64,000 bases of DNA from Pseudomonadota bacterium (GTDB taxonomy: Bacteria > Bdellovibrionota_B > Oligoflexia > Oligoflexales > CAIMVM01). Positions 46,497 through 58,033 of this stretch are shown one piece after another (the first letter of the stretch is position 1; each line of letters begins with the position of its first letter). A program made the position numbers and the translations under genes. Under the pieces are notes generated by a model, which saw only the letters and a program-made list of their open reading frames with translations, was not told the DNA's origin and made no database searches. The stretch is taken from contig JBAXBA010000007.1 in the NCBI GenBank assembly GCA_037142195.1, positions 10,232 to 74,231 of the forward strand, given 5' to 3'.

Positions 46497-48994
46497 GTTT
46501 CCTTTGATTTGCCAGGTTGCTGGGTCCATTCGGAAATTCTTTCTGGATGCCAATCTTTAAGAGGAATGCGGACTTTTTGGGAGGTTTTGATGTACTTTCT
46601 AAACACAGGTAAATGGCCTATTTTCATTCCCCCGGTTAGCCCCGCCACTGCCAAGGCATCACTCATTCTTACCAACGGAACAAAGGACATTTTCTCCAGA
46701 ACGCTTTCCGGAAGACCATCTAGATCAAACCAATTCGCCGCAGGTAGCATAATTCTATAAACTCCAGCGCGATGGGCGCCAAGTACTTTCTCTTTTATAC
46801 CACCCACAGGAAGCACATCGCCTCGCAGCGTGATTTCTCCTGTCATCGCTAAGCCCGTAGGCATAGATTTATTAAGCAGCAAACTAGTCAAGGCACAAAG
46901 TAGTGCTACGCCAGCGCTGGGACCATCTTTAGGAATACCGCCTTCAGGGAAGTGGATATGAAACTTAGATTCATCGATTTCAGAGAGACTGATACCTAGT
47001 TCGTCGCTATGCGCGCCTAACCATGTCAGCACTGCCGACGCAGACTCCTTCATCACCTCACCGAGCCGTCCCGTGAGCTTAAGGCCTCCTCCCTTGAAAG
47101 GGTGGCGAATCGTCTCTACATACAATATGTCGCCACCGAAAGGGGTATATGCGAGTCCAATGGAAACTCCTGGGACAAGCTTTTGCACAGGAGCATCGGC
47201 CATGACCAGAGGCTTTCCAAGCCATTCAGAAAGATTTTCAGAAGTCAATTCACGCACCATTCCCTTGTTCTCGAGCAAGTGTCGAACCTGCTTTCTGGCA
47301 ATGGATGAAATGACTTGCTTTAAAAAGCGCACACCAGCTTCTCTTGTGTAGTATCTTATGATCAGCTTTAAGATCGGCAATGAAATACGAAGTTGACTAC
47401 TTTTTAATCCAAAATCTTCACGAATGCTTGGGATAAGATGAGTTTTAGCAATAGACAGTTTCTCTTCTTCAGAATAACCGCTTAAATTGATAATTTCCAT
47501 GCGATCTAAAAGTGGAGCAGATAGGTTCTCTAGAGAATTTGCAGTCGCTATAAACGTCACTTTAGAAAGATCGTAGGGGACTCCTATATAATGATCCGTA
47601 AAGCTGCGATTTTGTTCTGGGTCTAGAACTTCTAAGAGTGCCGAAGACAAATCCCCTCGATGGCTTGTACCCACTTTATCAATTTCATCCAACAAGAGAA
47701 TCGCATTGGCTTGCTTTACTTTTTTGAGCGCTTGAATAATACGACCAGGCATAGCACCAATATAAGTTCTACGATGCCCTCTGATTTCAGCTTCGTCATG
47801 CACTCCGCCTAATGAAATCCTTGTGAATGGCCTAGACATGGCTTCAGATAACGTTTTTACAAGCGATGTTTTGCCGACTCCAGGAGGACCTACAAAAAGC
47901 AAAATCTGTCCAGACTCCTTGGCCTGATGTTTCTTTACAGCCAGATACTCTAAGAGCCTCTCTTTGACATCAAAAAGCCCATAGTGGCCTTTGTCCATTA
48001 TTTTTCTGGCTTCGATCAAGTCAATTTCACCGTCATCCTTTTTGGATTCCCAAGGGATATCGAGGAGCCATGAGACATAGTTATAGGAAACCATATATTC
48101 TGGTGAGCCGGGAGGCATCATTTCCATGCGGTGAAGTTCTTTTTGCATGGCTTCAAAAGTCTCTGCCGGGAAGTTACCCAACTCAGAGCGTTGACGCAAA
48201 TTTCCAATTTCCCCACGGTCGCCTTCGAGATCGCCGAGCTCTCTCTTAATCGCATGCATCTGTTCTTTAAGAAAGGATCGACGCATGTGGTCATTCATGT
48301 CGCCTCTGACTCTCTCGTGAATCGAAAGCGATAAGTCAAGAAGCTCTTTTTCTTTGATGAGTAAAGTGGTGACTCGGGTTATGAGATCTGCCGGATCTAC
48401 AATTTCAAGAAGGTCCTGCCTCTCGTCCATCGTCAGCGTTAAGTAGGGTATCAATAGATTTGCTAGAACTAGAGGATCATCGGTACTTTGAACTAAAGTT
48501 AGGGACTCTTGACTGGCGAGGGGAGAACTTTTGATCAAATCAAAGACTAAAGTTCGAATTAGGCGAATCGATGCTCGTGTCTCTGGCTGCATTTTGATAT
48601 CTAGAATCGGCAGCCATTCGATGGAAGCCATCGGGCGAGCTCCTTCAAAGTCGATGGAGAGAACTTTAAATCGTCTGCGCCCCTTTAACAGGAGCCCTAT
48701 CTGGCCATTTGGTAATTTGGTAACACCGGTTATAGTGGCTTCAGTGCCGATGCTGGCTATTCCTGCATCTGGCTCGAAGGGGTTAGGCCCCGGAAATAAA
48801 GGGCCTGTACCTCGCGCTAAAACACCAACGCGAAACTTCCCCGGCTCTGAACTTTGCACATCTTCAATGCGAATCCCTTCCATGGAAGGGATCGGTAGGG
48901 TTTGATTGGGAAAAAGCACCCCTCCTTCGAGAAAAATGACCCCAAGTAGTGTGCCGTCGGTTTCCTTGGCCATTAGCTTTTCAACTTTCGCCAT
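46493..48994 (-). CDS. lon: ATP-dependent Lon protease
   Basis: LON N domain, GPPGVGKT, RGHRRTYIGAMPG, PKDGPSAG, GGIKEK. Confidence 0.96.
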   Translation of the reverse strand: MAKVEKLMAKETDGTLLGVIFLEGGVLFPNQTLPIPSMEGIRIEDVQSSEPGKFRVGVLARGTGPLFPGPNPFEPDAGIASIGTEATITGVTKLPNGQIGLLLKGRRRFKVLSIDFEGARPMASIEWLPILDIKMQPETRASIRLIRTLVFDLIKSSPLASQESLTLVQSTDDPLVLANLLIPYLTLTMDERQDLLEIVDPADLITRVTTLLIKEKELLDLSLSIHERVRGDMNDHMRRSFLKEQMHAIKRELGDLEGDRGEIGNLRQRSELGNFPAETFEAMQKELHRMEMMPPGSPEYMVSYNYVSWLLDIPWESKKDDGEIDLIEARKIMDKGHYGLFDVKERLLEYLAVKKHQAKESGQILLFVGPPGVGKTSLVKTLSEAMSRPFTRISLGGVHDEAEIRGHRRTYIGAMPGRIIQALKKVKQANAILLLDEIDKVGTSHRGDLSSALLEVLDPEQNRSFTDHYIGVPYDLSKVTFIATANSLENLSAPLLDRMEIINLSGYSEEEKLSIAKTHLIPSIREDFGLKSSQLRISLPILKLIIRYYTREAGVRFLKQVISSIARKQVRHLLENKGMVRELTSENLSEWLGKPLVMADAPVQKLVPGVSIGLAYTPFGGDILYVETIRHPFKGGGLKLTGRLGEVMKESASAVLTWLGAHSDELGISLSEIDESKFHIHFPEGGIPKDGPSAGVALLCALTSLLLNKSMPTGLAMTGEITLRGDVLPVGGIKEKVLGAHRAGVYRIMLPAANWFDLDGLPESVLEKMSFVPLVRMSDALAVAGLTGGMKIGHLPVFRKYIKTSQKVRIPLKDWHPERISEWTQQPGKSKET

Positions 48995-49392
48995 AGCGTA
49001 CCTCTTTTTGAGCCGAGAATGGCCTAAGATATACCTATATTAGGCAAATCCCATTGGGTCAAGCAGAGCATTTAGCTTGAACCGTAGCGGCCGCCAAAAG
49101 GGCAGTTTTAAGACTTCATGGCAACTAAATAGCTATTTGATATTATGAACTTAGAGTAACTCTTGCGACAAGTCTGGAAACCAATGCCTAGAATGCAAGC
49201 GAAGTATTTTCTGACCAAATCAATCACTGCTTAGAAACGAATCAGGTTGGTGTTGTACCTAAAAAAGATCAAAACCCCCTAAAAGTAAGAAAATACGGCC
49301 GATAGAGCCTTAAATTTGTTAATTTTCTCAATTTTCAATCATTCAACGACCGTACAGATTGTTTTCGCCGCTTTCCATGGGAGCGGCCGATG

Positions 49393-50646
49393 CTAGTCTA
49401 GATTTTTGAGAACATCATTGAGAACGCGTTTCCTAGCTGCTTTTAGCTGTGAAGATTTGTAGGCCTCATGGGAAGCTGCTCGCGAGACGCGTATTTGCCT
49501 AGCCGTCTCAGCGTCGAAAATCTGGATTTCAAACGGAAAGAACACCTTAATTTCCTGCTCTTCACCTATGACTTGATATTGTTTGATTGCGAGATCTACG
49601 ACTGCCTCCAGGACTTTCTTCCGATCTTCATCAATGCTTGAATCGTTAGTTTTTAAATAATTTGTTATGCTTTGAGTCCACTCCGTCAATGGGTCATTGT
49701 AACGTAGAAGGTGCCTACATGTTATTTGTATACTTTTGAAATTGGAGCCAGAATGCGGATTCACAGCTTTGCCTTTGGGTGAAGGTCCATCCGGATCCAG
49801 CTTATTGATTTGCTCCACAAAATCCTCTGGAGTCATCAATCCCTTGGCAAGCATATTATCAAGTATTTCTACCTGCTTTCTAAAGGACGCAAGATCGACA
49901 AGGCTATTTCTAGCCCGTTGCGGGTTTGCGTTGGGAAATGAAATGAGATTCATTTGTCGCAGCAATTTAATGACCATCATCACTTCTGCGTAGGTTTTGG
50001 TTACAATGCGAACGCCTATCAAGTCATAGATATTTTCCGCTACGTTTGCAGGCTTATGAAGTAGTTTTAAAATTACCGATTCTCGACTTTTTCTCAGCTT
50101 CCAGTCTACGTTTTCGAGTTCAACGGCATCGCCTTCCCTTCCCAGCCAAATCTTCCCTTCGCTCGTCCTAAACAGAGCTTTCTCAAATCGCTCAATAATC
50201 TGCTTTCTAGCGACTTCCAGGCTAACAGGACGATGAATACCATCAATATGAGCGATGGTATGCATTAGGCGTAAAACTGCACAGGACCAGAGTCGTCGAC
50301 GTTTTGAGCTTGCTTTTCTATCTGATGCCCAGATCAAGAGTTTTAATGGTTCAGTTAAATGAATCAACTCGTCAGGAGGGCGAATCCCCTGCTGCCATTC
50401 TTGACGCATGAGTACTCTCTCTAGAAAAAGAAGGGACTCGACAAAAACCGTATAGATAAATTTTGCATGCGCCACAATTTCTATGTCATACCCATAGCCT
50501 TTGAGAAACTCTTTTGCTTTTGTTTCGGTTTCGATTTCTAAATGGGGTAAGTCTATAGGAGACCTCCCGCCTAAAAGGACATCCATCATTTCCCAGCGAA
50601 ATGTCCACCTCTCTACTAACTTTGCCTTATCTCTAAGCTGTTCCAT
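49393..50646 (-). CDS. TIGR04552 family protein
   Basis: WEMMDVLLGGRSPID, WSCAVLRLMH, KLLHKP.NVAE.IYD.IGVR, FFPFEIQI. Confidence 0.8.
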   Translation of the reverse strand: MEQLRDKAKLVERWTFRWEMMDVLLGGRSPIDLPHLEIETETKAKEFLKGYGYDIEIVAHAKFIYTVFVESLLFLERVLMRQEWQQGIRPPDELIHLTEPLKLLIWASDRKASSKRRRLWSCAVLRLMHTIAHIDGIHRPVSLEVARKQIIERFEKALFRTSEGKIWLGREGDAVELENVDWKLRKSRESVILKLLHKPANVAENIYDLIGVRIVTKTYAEVMMVIKLLRQMNLISFPNANPQRARNSLVDLASFRKQVEILDNMLAKGLMTPEDFVEQINKLDPDGPSPKGKAVNPHSGSNFKSIQITCRHLLRYNDPLTEWTQSITNYLKTNDSSIDEDRKKVLEAVVDLAIKQYQVIGEEQEIKVFFPFEIQIFDAETARQIRVSRAASHEAYKSSQLKAARKRVLNDVLKNLD

Positions 50647-50691
50647 CTCAAATTCCCAAATTCATGATATGATTAATTTGCTAAAGGGGAG

Positions 50692-51318
50692 TTGCTCATG
50701 GGAATTATACCACTATTGTTCTTAACATTACTTGAATTTGCTATGGCTCCCGCGGCGTTTTCTAATGAAGCTCCCAAAAAAGACGAGCATGGCAATGCTG
50801 GCGAGCATGGCGGAAAAGCTGAAAGTGGCGGCGAAGCTGCTCAGGACTCATATTCCAAGTTAAAGAGCTTTCCAGGGGGCTATGTTCATAAATGGACGAA
50901 GATTCCATCATTAAAAGGGTATGATTTGAGTGGAGGCACGATACTATTAGAGCCAAAACCTGGAAAATTGACGGTCATCCTATTTATGGCCTCTTGGTGC
51001 ATTCCTTGTCAAGATATGGTAGCGGAAGTGCGCACACTAGATAAAAAATATACCCCCTACGGAGTCAATTTCTATTATGCATTCAGCCATGATATGCAAA
51101 CTGATGTCAGAGGTTTTGTGCGAGAAAGAAAGATTTCACCTGAGCGAACTTTATCCATTACGGATGAGTCCATGAAAGATTTCCGTGATCCACTTCTGCC
51201 GACCCTATTCCTTGCTGACCGCAAAGGCTGGATTATTGATAGATTTAGCTTTCAAGGCGACTCTCGCCCAGATTTGTCAAAGTTCAAGGAGAAGCTTCAA
51301 AGCATACTTCTATTTTAG
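50692..51318 (+). CDS. TlpA-like thioredoxin-fold protein
   Basis: Signal peptide, FMASWCIPC, LPTLFLAD. Confidence 0.8.
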   Translation: MLMGIIPLLFLTLLEFAMAPAAFSNEAPKKDEHGNAGEHGGKAESGGEAAQDSYSKLKSFPGGYVHKWTKIPSLKGYDLSGGTILLEPKPGKLTVILFMASWCIPCQDMVAEVRTLDKKYTPYGVNFYYAFSHDMQTDVRGFVRERKISPERTLSITDESMKDFRDPLLPTLFLADRKGWIIDRFSFQGDSRPDLSKFKEKLQSILLF

Positions 51319-51337
51319 GTTCTTTGGGCGCTTGATT

Positions 51338-51628
51338 TTACAAAGAAGAGGCGCTCTGTATCATTTCAGAATGCCATTCCGTTCTAAGCTTCACAAAACC
51401 GCCATCTTTGTTGGCTCTCGTTTGATTGATACTTGATCCCAATGGAAGTTTACGTTCTCCTGAAATATCGACGGCTTCAAAGTCAATTTTGGTGGAAGCG
51501 GAGCCTTTTTTAGATTTGATCATCTTCTCTTGAGTGATTATTTTTTTTCTCGAACCTGCTTTAGATGCAGCAAGAGAGGACTCACTTGCGACAAGTAGTA
51601 CCATTGCTAAAAAAAAGTAGAGTTTCAT
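51338..51628 (-). CDS. GltF/CglF-like small secreted gliding-motility protein
   Basis: Signal peptide MKLYFFL; TKIDFE..DISGE...P.G, KLRTEW..EMIQS resembles Myxococcus GltF. Confidence 0.6.
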   Translation of the reverse strand: MKLYFFLAMVLLVASESSLAASKAGSRKKIITQEKMIKSKKGSASTKIDFEAVDISGERKLPLGSSINQTRANKDGGFVKLRTEWHSEMIQSASSL

Positions 51629-52188
51629 ATTCCGCATCTCCCGCATTTGGTTTTTCCTATCGGCAGTTCTATCCTTTAGCTTTAAGATTGCTTTTAGTAG
51701 TCGTAATTTTGGCAAGTTAGCGATTCCAATTCAGCTTTGCGATGTAACAAGGTAAATGTAACAAGGTAAATTGACGTTAAGTGTCCATCTTTATGGCGAT
51801 CTTTATCTAAGTTGGCCGATTTCTCAAAAACCCATTCTTTCGATCTGCTAAAGTATGTCCATTTTCAAAGATTAGACCACTCTATAGAACTCAATCAATT
51901 GGAATTCCAAACAAAAGCTGCTCAATTAGCATAGCCACATCGCAAGATGCTGAGGCTTGCGATCTAAGAATTTATGAGACTTCAAATGGACTGATTTATA
52001 TTTCTTGTTTTTTAGGTCTTTGTTTATATTTGTGAGGGAGTATCCCAGATTAGCTTTTTTATTTCTGGGGTTCAAATTTTGCGATTTATTCAATAGACTC
52101 ATGAAGTCAATGACTTCGGGAATCAAGGGAAAGTTGCATGCTGTTTCTGATCAATTCATAAAGGGAACGGACTCTTAAAAATGCTCTT

Positions 52189-53496
52189 CTATTGATCTTC
52201 ATTATCATAGCTAATCTTGCTATCACTGTAGAAACGCCATGTCCTTTGAGTTATGAGTCTTGCCCCATGGCCCAACTCAAAATAGGCCCACATCCATTGG
52301 AAAAAGACGAAAACTCGGTTTTTAAATTTCATCAAATAGACAACATGAATGAGAACCCAAATGAACCAGGCAATTGTCCCCGTAAGTCTAAATTTGGGAG
52401 CGCTAACGACGGCACGGGAACGGCCAATTGTGGCCATAATTCCTTTGTCCCAGTAGACAAATTCAGGTCTCTTTTTTCCTGCCATTTCACTTCGAATGAG
52501 ACGAGCGAGGAATTGCCCTTGCTGAGTAGCCACTGGAGCTATTCCTGGTAGGGCTTTTCCGTTATGACTTTCAAAGAAAGCCATGTCACCAATGGCAAAT
52601 ACATTCTTTGCATTCGGTAAGCTCAAATCTCTGCCGACAACGAGGCGTCCCCCAGGACCTTTTGTGGACTTTCCCTTTTCTGCAAGTGAGGATGGCTTTA
52701 CTCCTGCAGCCCAGATTATCGTTTTACAATTAATCCACGTGTTTCCTGCCATCAAACCATTAGAACTGAGTTTACTTGCTTTCGTATTCTTTAGAACATG
52801 GACCCCTAAGTCTTTGAGGTCTCTTTCAGCCCGAATGGAAAGTTCCTCAGGAAAAGCTTCTAAAATCCTTGGACCAGCCTCGATGAGATGTACTGAGGTT
52901 TGGCTTAAGTTTGCGTTTCTATATTCCTTTTTAAGCGTCGTTCTAGCCAATTCTGAAATAGCTCCTGCAATTTCAACGCCAGTTGGGCCTCCGCCTACAA
53001 TTGCGAAAGTGAGATGCGCATTTTGCAAGGCTTTGTCGTCCGTCTTTTCAGCCAATTCAAAAGCTGTTAATACTCGTCTACGAATTTCGATTGCTTGTTC
53101 CAAAGTCTTTAATCCGGGTGCTACATGTTCCCATTCGTCGTTGCCAAAATAGGAATGTTTGGCTCCAGTTGCCAAAATTAAATAGTCATAATAGTGCCAT
53201 CTTTCATCGAAATGCACTCCGATATCTTGAAGATTTACATCGTCAATTTCGGCTAAAAGAACACTTACATTTTTGCTTCGAGAGAAAAATGACCTAATCG
53301 GAATTGCAATATCAGAAGGATTTAGGCCTGCCATGGCTACTTGGTAGAGAAGAGGCTGAAAAAGGTGGTGATTTTTGCGATCGATAATGTCGATGTAAAC
53401 GTCTGGAGATTGAGATAACGCCAATGCAGCGGTTATGCCACCAAAGCCTGCACCCACGATACCAATTCTCACTCGATCTTTTTTGGGGCTAGTCAT
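52189..53496 (-). CDS. ndh: Type II NADH dehydrogenase
   Basis: GAGFGG, HLFQPLLYQVA, GGGPTGVE, WAAGV, AIGD, KGIMATIGR. Confidence 0.92.
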   Translation of the reverse strand: MTSPKKDRVRIGIVGAGFGGITAALALSQSPDVYIDIIDRKNHHLFQPLLYQVAMAGLNPSDIAIPIRSFFSRSKNVSVLLAEIDDVNLQDIGVHFDERWHYYDYLILATGAKHSYFGNDEWEHVAPGLKTLEQAIEIRRRVLTAFELAEKTDDKALQNAHLTFAIVGGGPTGVEIAGAISELARTTLKKEYRNANLSQTSVHLIEAGPRILEAFPEELSIRAERDLKDLGVHVLKNTKASKLSSNGLMAGNTWINCKTIIWAAGVKPSSLAEKGKSTKGPGGRLVVGRDLSLPNAKNVFAIGDMAFFESHNGKALPGIAPVATQQGQFLARLIRSEMAGKKRPEFVYWDKGIMATIGRSRAVVSAPKFRLTGTIAWFIWVLIHVVYLMKFKNRVFVFFQWMWAYFELGHGARLITQRTWRFYSDSKISYDNEDQ

Positions 53497-54146
53497 GTAT
53501 TTTATCCTTGCGACTATTACGTCGATAGATACTCAATCATTTCCTTGCTAACAATACACCAAAGCGGATATTCAAGGTAGAGTATCTCGATTTCTTTCCC
53601 AGTTGTGAGGGCGCTAACTACGCCGATTTAAGTCGAGCTTGAGCGGGCAACGGGCCCTATGAGGTGACCAGGATTTTTGGTGACGTAACTTGCAGTAATT
53701 GCATGGATTTTTCCAGAATTATGCAAACTTGCACATTCAGGCTTGCATAACTCTTATGCGGCTGAAGCTGTAAAAAATTTCACAGAAGAGCTGTCATTTT
53801 TAGATTGATCTTGAGGTTTCGCGACTTTTCAATCCAAATAGGGATATCTGCGAATATTTTCTCAAGATCTCAGAAGAAGATAGGATTGCAAATCTAAAAG
53901 TACCTTTGCCAGAGTCTATTGAGCGGGATCTGAGCAATTCCTGAGATAATGGAATCACTCATTCGGATCTAGAACTGTATTTTTCCTTATAGAATCAGAG
54001 AACCTAAAAAACATACCTGACCTGCTAGGAAAGAACTTCTGAATGCAATATAATTGTTAAGAACAAATAAATATGATGAATCTGCGCGAGATTTCGCATC
54101 TTTAAAAACAATTTTTGAATTTCAATAGGTTAGGAAGAGACTCCTC

Positions 54147-55322
54147 ATGAAAAAAGCGAACGAGAATGGTTACATTGCTGCCGGGCTTCTGTTTTTAGCT
54201 CTCCAGACTGCCTGCCAGCCTTTGAAGCCAAAAAATGACGACAATGAAGTAAAACTATTTGGACTCAGTTTAGGGGAGAGAAATCAACTTGCAGGGGCCG
54301 GATGGATCAAAGAACCTCTTCAACTCGACACGGAGTATGTAAGCCCCGATGAGAAAGAAAGGCATGAAGGCTTTGCCAAGATTATTCGGGTTTATCAGAA
54401 TGAGAGAATTCAAGTAAATCATGGCATTAAACGCGGATTTCACGCCAAGCAGTTGGGATGCACATTAGGCCGTTTTCAAGTATTAGATCAAATCCCGTCC
54501 GAATTGCAACAAGGAGTTTTCCTACCTGGAAAGTCCTATGATGTGATGGCGAGATTTTCGTCAGGTTTAGGCACCGTCGAAAAAGATGCTGAACTTGACG
54601 TTAAAGGATTGGCCTTAAAGCTCCTAAATATCGATGGCCCGAAGCTCATTCAATCTAAGTTACCAAACGAGAACTTGCCAAATAGTCGATCCGTTGATTT
54701 CACAATGACTAATGTTCCGACCTTTGGCACCAAGAATTCTACTGACTTTATGGAGTTTGCAAAAGCAGCCCATGACGGTAATAAAGGCCCATTTCTTTTT
54801 AAACACCCTATCGCACTTCAGCGTTTAGCAGGATCTGTAAGTCGAAAAATTGGAGATTTAGGTCTAGAATCCTTTTGGAGCGGTGGGGCTTCTCGCTTAG
54901 GACAGAAAACGATGAAGTTTAGGGTTGCCCCTTGTGATGGACGTAAGCAGTATAGTCCGACAAGAAAAGTTACCGAAAACTATTTTAGAGAGTCACTACA
55001 GGAGCATTTGAATTCTGAAAGTGTATGCTATGACTTTTACGTTCAGATGCAACTTGACCCTTATAAGCAGCCCATTGAAAATCCTCAAGAATTCTGGAAA
55101 GAAAATGAGACTCCATCAATTTTGATGGCTAAGGTAACTTTTGACAAACAAGACTTAGCTCAAAATGATGCTATTTGTGAGAGTATTACTTTTCATCCTT
55201 GGAACACGATTGCGGCACACCAGCCACTAGGAGAGGTCAATCGTGCTCGAATGTTTATCTATCACGCTAGTTCTGCCGAGCGCTCCAAAGGTGGAATTCA
55301 GTTCGATCCTCCTAATCTCTAA
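54147..55322 (+). CDS. Catalase-like heme protein with lipoprotein signal
   Basis: LQTAC lipobox-like, RGFHAK distal His, ARFSS, DVKGLALK, PLGEVNRAR..IY proximal Tyr. Confidence 0.78.
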   Translation: MKKANENGYIAAGLLFLALQTACQPLKPKNDDNEVKLFGLSLGERNQLAGAGWIKEPLQLDTEYVSPDEKERHEGFAKIIRVYQNERIQVNHGIKRGFHAKQLGCTLGRFQVLDQIPSELQQGVFLPGKSYDVMARFSSGLGTVEKDAELDVKGLALKLLNIDGPKLIQSKLPNENLPNSRSVDFTMTNVPTFGTKNSTDFMEFAKAAHDGNKGPFLFKHPIALQRLAGSVSRKIGDLGLESFWSGGASRLGQKTMKFRVAPCDGRKQYSPTRKVTENYFRESLQEHLNSESVCYDFYVQMQLDPYKQPIENPQEFWKENETPSILMAKVTFDKQDLAQNDAICESITFHPWNTIAAHQPLGEVNRARMFIYHASSAERSKGGIQFDPPNL

Positions 55323-55359
55323 TTAAAAAAAAGATTTGCAATTTTCCTGAAGGCTTTTC

Positions 55360-55383
55360 GGCTGGACTTGATTGAGTCCAGCC
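55360..55383. terminator. Hairpin between convergent genes
   Basis: ggctggact-tgattg-agtccagcc perfect 9-bp stem. Confidence 0.55.
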
Positions 55384-55560
55384 CGTTAAATTCAGCCATA
55401 AAACTGAAGTTAACACTGTCTTTCCATTCGAGTCTTTAGGCTTGATGGTATGCATTCGATTTCAATAGTTCCTAAATAAAGCGATTTATGCCTTCTTTAG
55501 AGATTTATCGCCAAGGTCTTTACAGGCCAGAGTAGGTCTACTCTTCTTTCACGGGCTATC

Positions 55561-56265
55561 TCAATATTCCCTTTTTTTAAGGAACTTACTTTTATCCAGC
55601 ATATTTAAATTACAGAAATCAAGAAATGAGTCGACAATACTCCAGCCGAAGAGGTTTGAAAATGAATTAGGATCGACTTGAAACTCTTTGCAGTCAGCAG
55701 CGGTCCCTTCTGGATGGGATTGTATCGTCCATATTGGAAATTCAGTATGATAACTTGCTTCATGGGGAATGAAATCGCCTTTTGCCCAGTTTGCAAATCC
55801 AGATCCTACTCTGGTTACTTGTTCTGAGTGATAGACAAATACCTCGCCTTTAGTGTTCTTTATGTCTAAACACGGATCAGCTTGCAATTGAATCGTTCTT
55901 TTTCCTATCTCCAACTTTTTAGACTCGTGAACGTAGTCCACCTGCCCCCCTAGCATCAAATGCAACAACTGATGACCAAAGCAAATGCCGAATATGGGAA
56001 TCTTGCGGTCTATAATCTCACTTCGAAGCCAACTCATAAGTTCAGCTTGCCAGGGTCTATGGTCGTGGACGCTTGCATTGCTGCCAAATAACACAACTCC
56101 CGCTATCGTCTCAGGAGGGGTTCTAAAGAGTGATCCGCAGCCCGTGAAATTTGGTAGGTGATACGTAAGGGGAATCTTGGAAGATTTTGACATGCGATTG
56201 AATGCTTCTGTTTCAGGTAACGATAAGCCTGGGTCAACGACCAAAATTTCATATGGATTTTGCAT
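55561..56265 (-). CDS. Class I glutamine amidotransferase-like protein
   Basis: PIFGICFGHQ nucleophile elbow, QSHPE. Confidence 0.88.
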   Translation of the reverse strand: MQNPYEILVVDPGLSLPETEAFNRMSKSSKIPLTYHLPNFTGCGSLFRTPPETIAGVVLFGSNASVHDHRPWQAELMSWLRSEIIDRKIPIFGICFGHQLLHLMLGGQVDYVHESKKLEIGKRTIQLQADPCLDIKNTKGEVFVYHSEQVTRVGSGFANWAKGDFIPHEASYHTEFPIWTIQSHPEGTAADCKEFQVDPNSFSNLFGWSIVDSFLDFCNLNMLDKSKFLKKREY

Positions 56266-56523
56266 AGTATCAACCTTTCGTCCGCTTCAAGTTTCAAAAT
56301 GTAAATTTGTATTTTTTTCTGGAACTTATCTGTCCATCAAGATGACATGCAAATTTCAATGCTATCTTAGAGCGTTAAGTAATTGCGATCCAGTCATATT
56401 TGGGCACAGGCTCATCGGATTGAAAAAGAACCTGGGATGCGGGATAATGTTTTAATATAGTAACTTTCGGACTTTGAAGTTTTACTTTAAGAACTCAATC
56501 GCCATTAGGCAAGGCAGGAGAAT

Positions 56524-57795
56524 GTGATGATCAAAAGAATCATGTTAGCATCTTTAACTTTAGGGTCCTTATCTGGCTGCTTAATCTCACATGAGTCTCA
56601 ATTGCAAAATTCATTTGCACCGCTTTCAAGTTCGGACCCGGTCCATTTTGAGAGAGAATTTTTCAAAACAGAAAACAAGACTTTGGAGAGGCGTCTCTCT
56701 GAGCTGCCCCTAGAGGGGGCCTTACCCACGGCCTGGTCTGACACGTTTTTGCCCAATCGGTGGGGAGGGGGCGCTGTGAGATGGTATAAAGATACAAAAT
56801 TAGGAGATATGGATCTTCCTACTTCACGTCCAGATATGTGGACATATAAGTTAAATTCTTTAAATGAGCTCAAAAAACTAAGTCTCGAATCTCTCAAGCT
56901 ATTGTCACCAGCCGAAAAATTTGACATTCTCATGGGCCGGTATGAGTATCCCCTTACCAACGTCGAGCGTAAAAGAACCGATCCAAATCACCAGATTTGG
57001 GAGGGAACCTGTAATGGGTGGTCAACAGCAGCTTTGAAGTTTACAGAACCACCTCCTGTCTCGATTACGAATAAGGATGGCATCGTCGTTCCGTTTGGAT
57101 CTTCAGATATTAAGTCACTCTTGATGCTTCATCAATTTTTTATTGAGCGATACAACAAATATGCAATTTTGGGAGAGCGTTGTGAAAATATCGCGACGCC
57201 TAAAATGGAACTCTATTTTCCAAAGACGCTCTCTGAGGATTCCGTCGATGCTTGCTCCGATTCCAATGCAGGCGCCTTTCACTTGGTTCTTACAAATATG
57301 ATTGGCCGCTTAAAGAAAGGATTAGTTTTTGACGTAGATCGGGATTCCGAAGTCTGGAATCAGCCCGTTTACCGATATTCATCTCGAGTTATACAGAGAA
57401 CCCCTACGTCGGCTCTTATCAACACCCGTGTTTGGTATGCTGAAGAGGAAATGCCTAATTGGGAGCCTCTCACGATCAATAAAAAGAATGCTGAGGTAAT
57501 GGCTACCTACAATTATGAGGTAGAGCTCAATTCAAAAGGCGAGATCACAGGCGGCAAGTGGAAGGACGGGCAGGCTGTCGATTATAAAATGCACCGAACC
57601 TACCATCCAGATTTTGTTTGGTTTGCCGACGGGGAAGAGGCGAATTACAAATTAGATACCTTTACGGACAAGCTTAAAAACAAATATAGAATTAACACGC
57701 CCATCGACTTTGGAGCTATTGTCGAGCTCTGGGAGCTTTCCGTAGGAAAGAAATTTAATTTTCGAGGAATGGACCGCATTCCAGCTAACCTCTAG
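56524..57795 (+). CDS. Transglutaminase-elicitor (GP42-like) family lipoprotein
   Basis: Lipobox LSGC; LSPAEKFD, WEGTCNGW, SDIK.L, NAGAFH, EVWNQPV, HPDFVW. Confidence 0.75.
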   Translation: MMIKRIMLASLTLGSLSGCLISHESQLQNSFAPLSSSDPVHFEREFFKTENKTLERRLSELPLEGALPTAWSDTFLPNRWGGGAVRWYKDTKLGDMDLPTSRPDMWTYKLNSLNELKKLSLESLKLLSPAEKFDILMGRYEYPLTNVERKRTDPNHQIWEGTCNGWSTAALKFTEPPPVSITNKDGIVVPFGSSDIKSLLMLHQFFIERYNKYAILGERCENIATPKMELYFPKTLSEDSVDACSDSNAGAFHLVLTNMIGRLKKGLVFDVDRDSEVWNQPVYRYSSRVIQRTPTSALINTRVWYAEEEMPNWEPLTINKKNAEVMATYNYEVELNSKGEITGGKWKDGQAVDYKMHRTYHPDFVWFADGEEANYKLDTFTDKLKNKYRINTPIDFGAIVELWELSVGKKFNFRGMDRIPANL

Positions 57796-58033
57796 GTTCT
57801 ATTTTGATATGCGGTGCTTTGGCGTTTGATGAGTTTTAGGCGGTCCTACTTAGAGAGAAACCCCAAAAACCCGCCCATTGACAAGAGAAACGGCGCGTTT
57901 AAGTTCTGTGATTCAAAAGATATCCTGGAAACGGAAGGTCTCATCCCAATTGCGGATTTTGAAGTGGTCTGTTGAAAGCTCGATTAGGGAGGCTTAGTTT
58001 TTAATGAAACCTATTGTCATCTGTTAGTAACTT

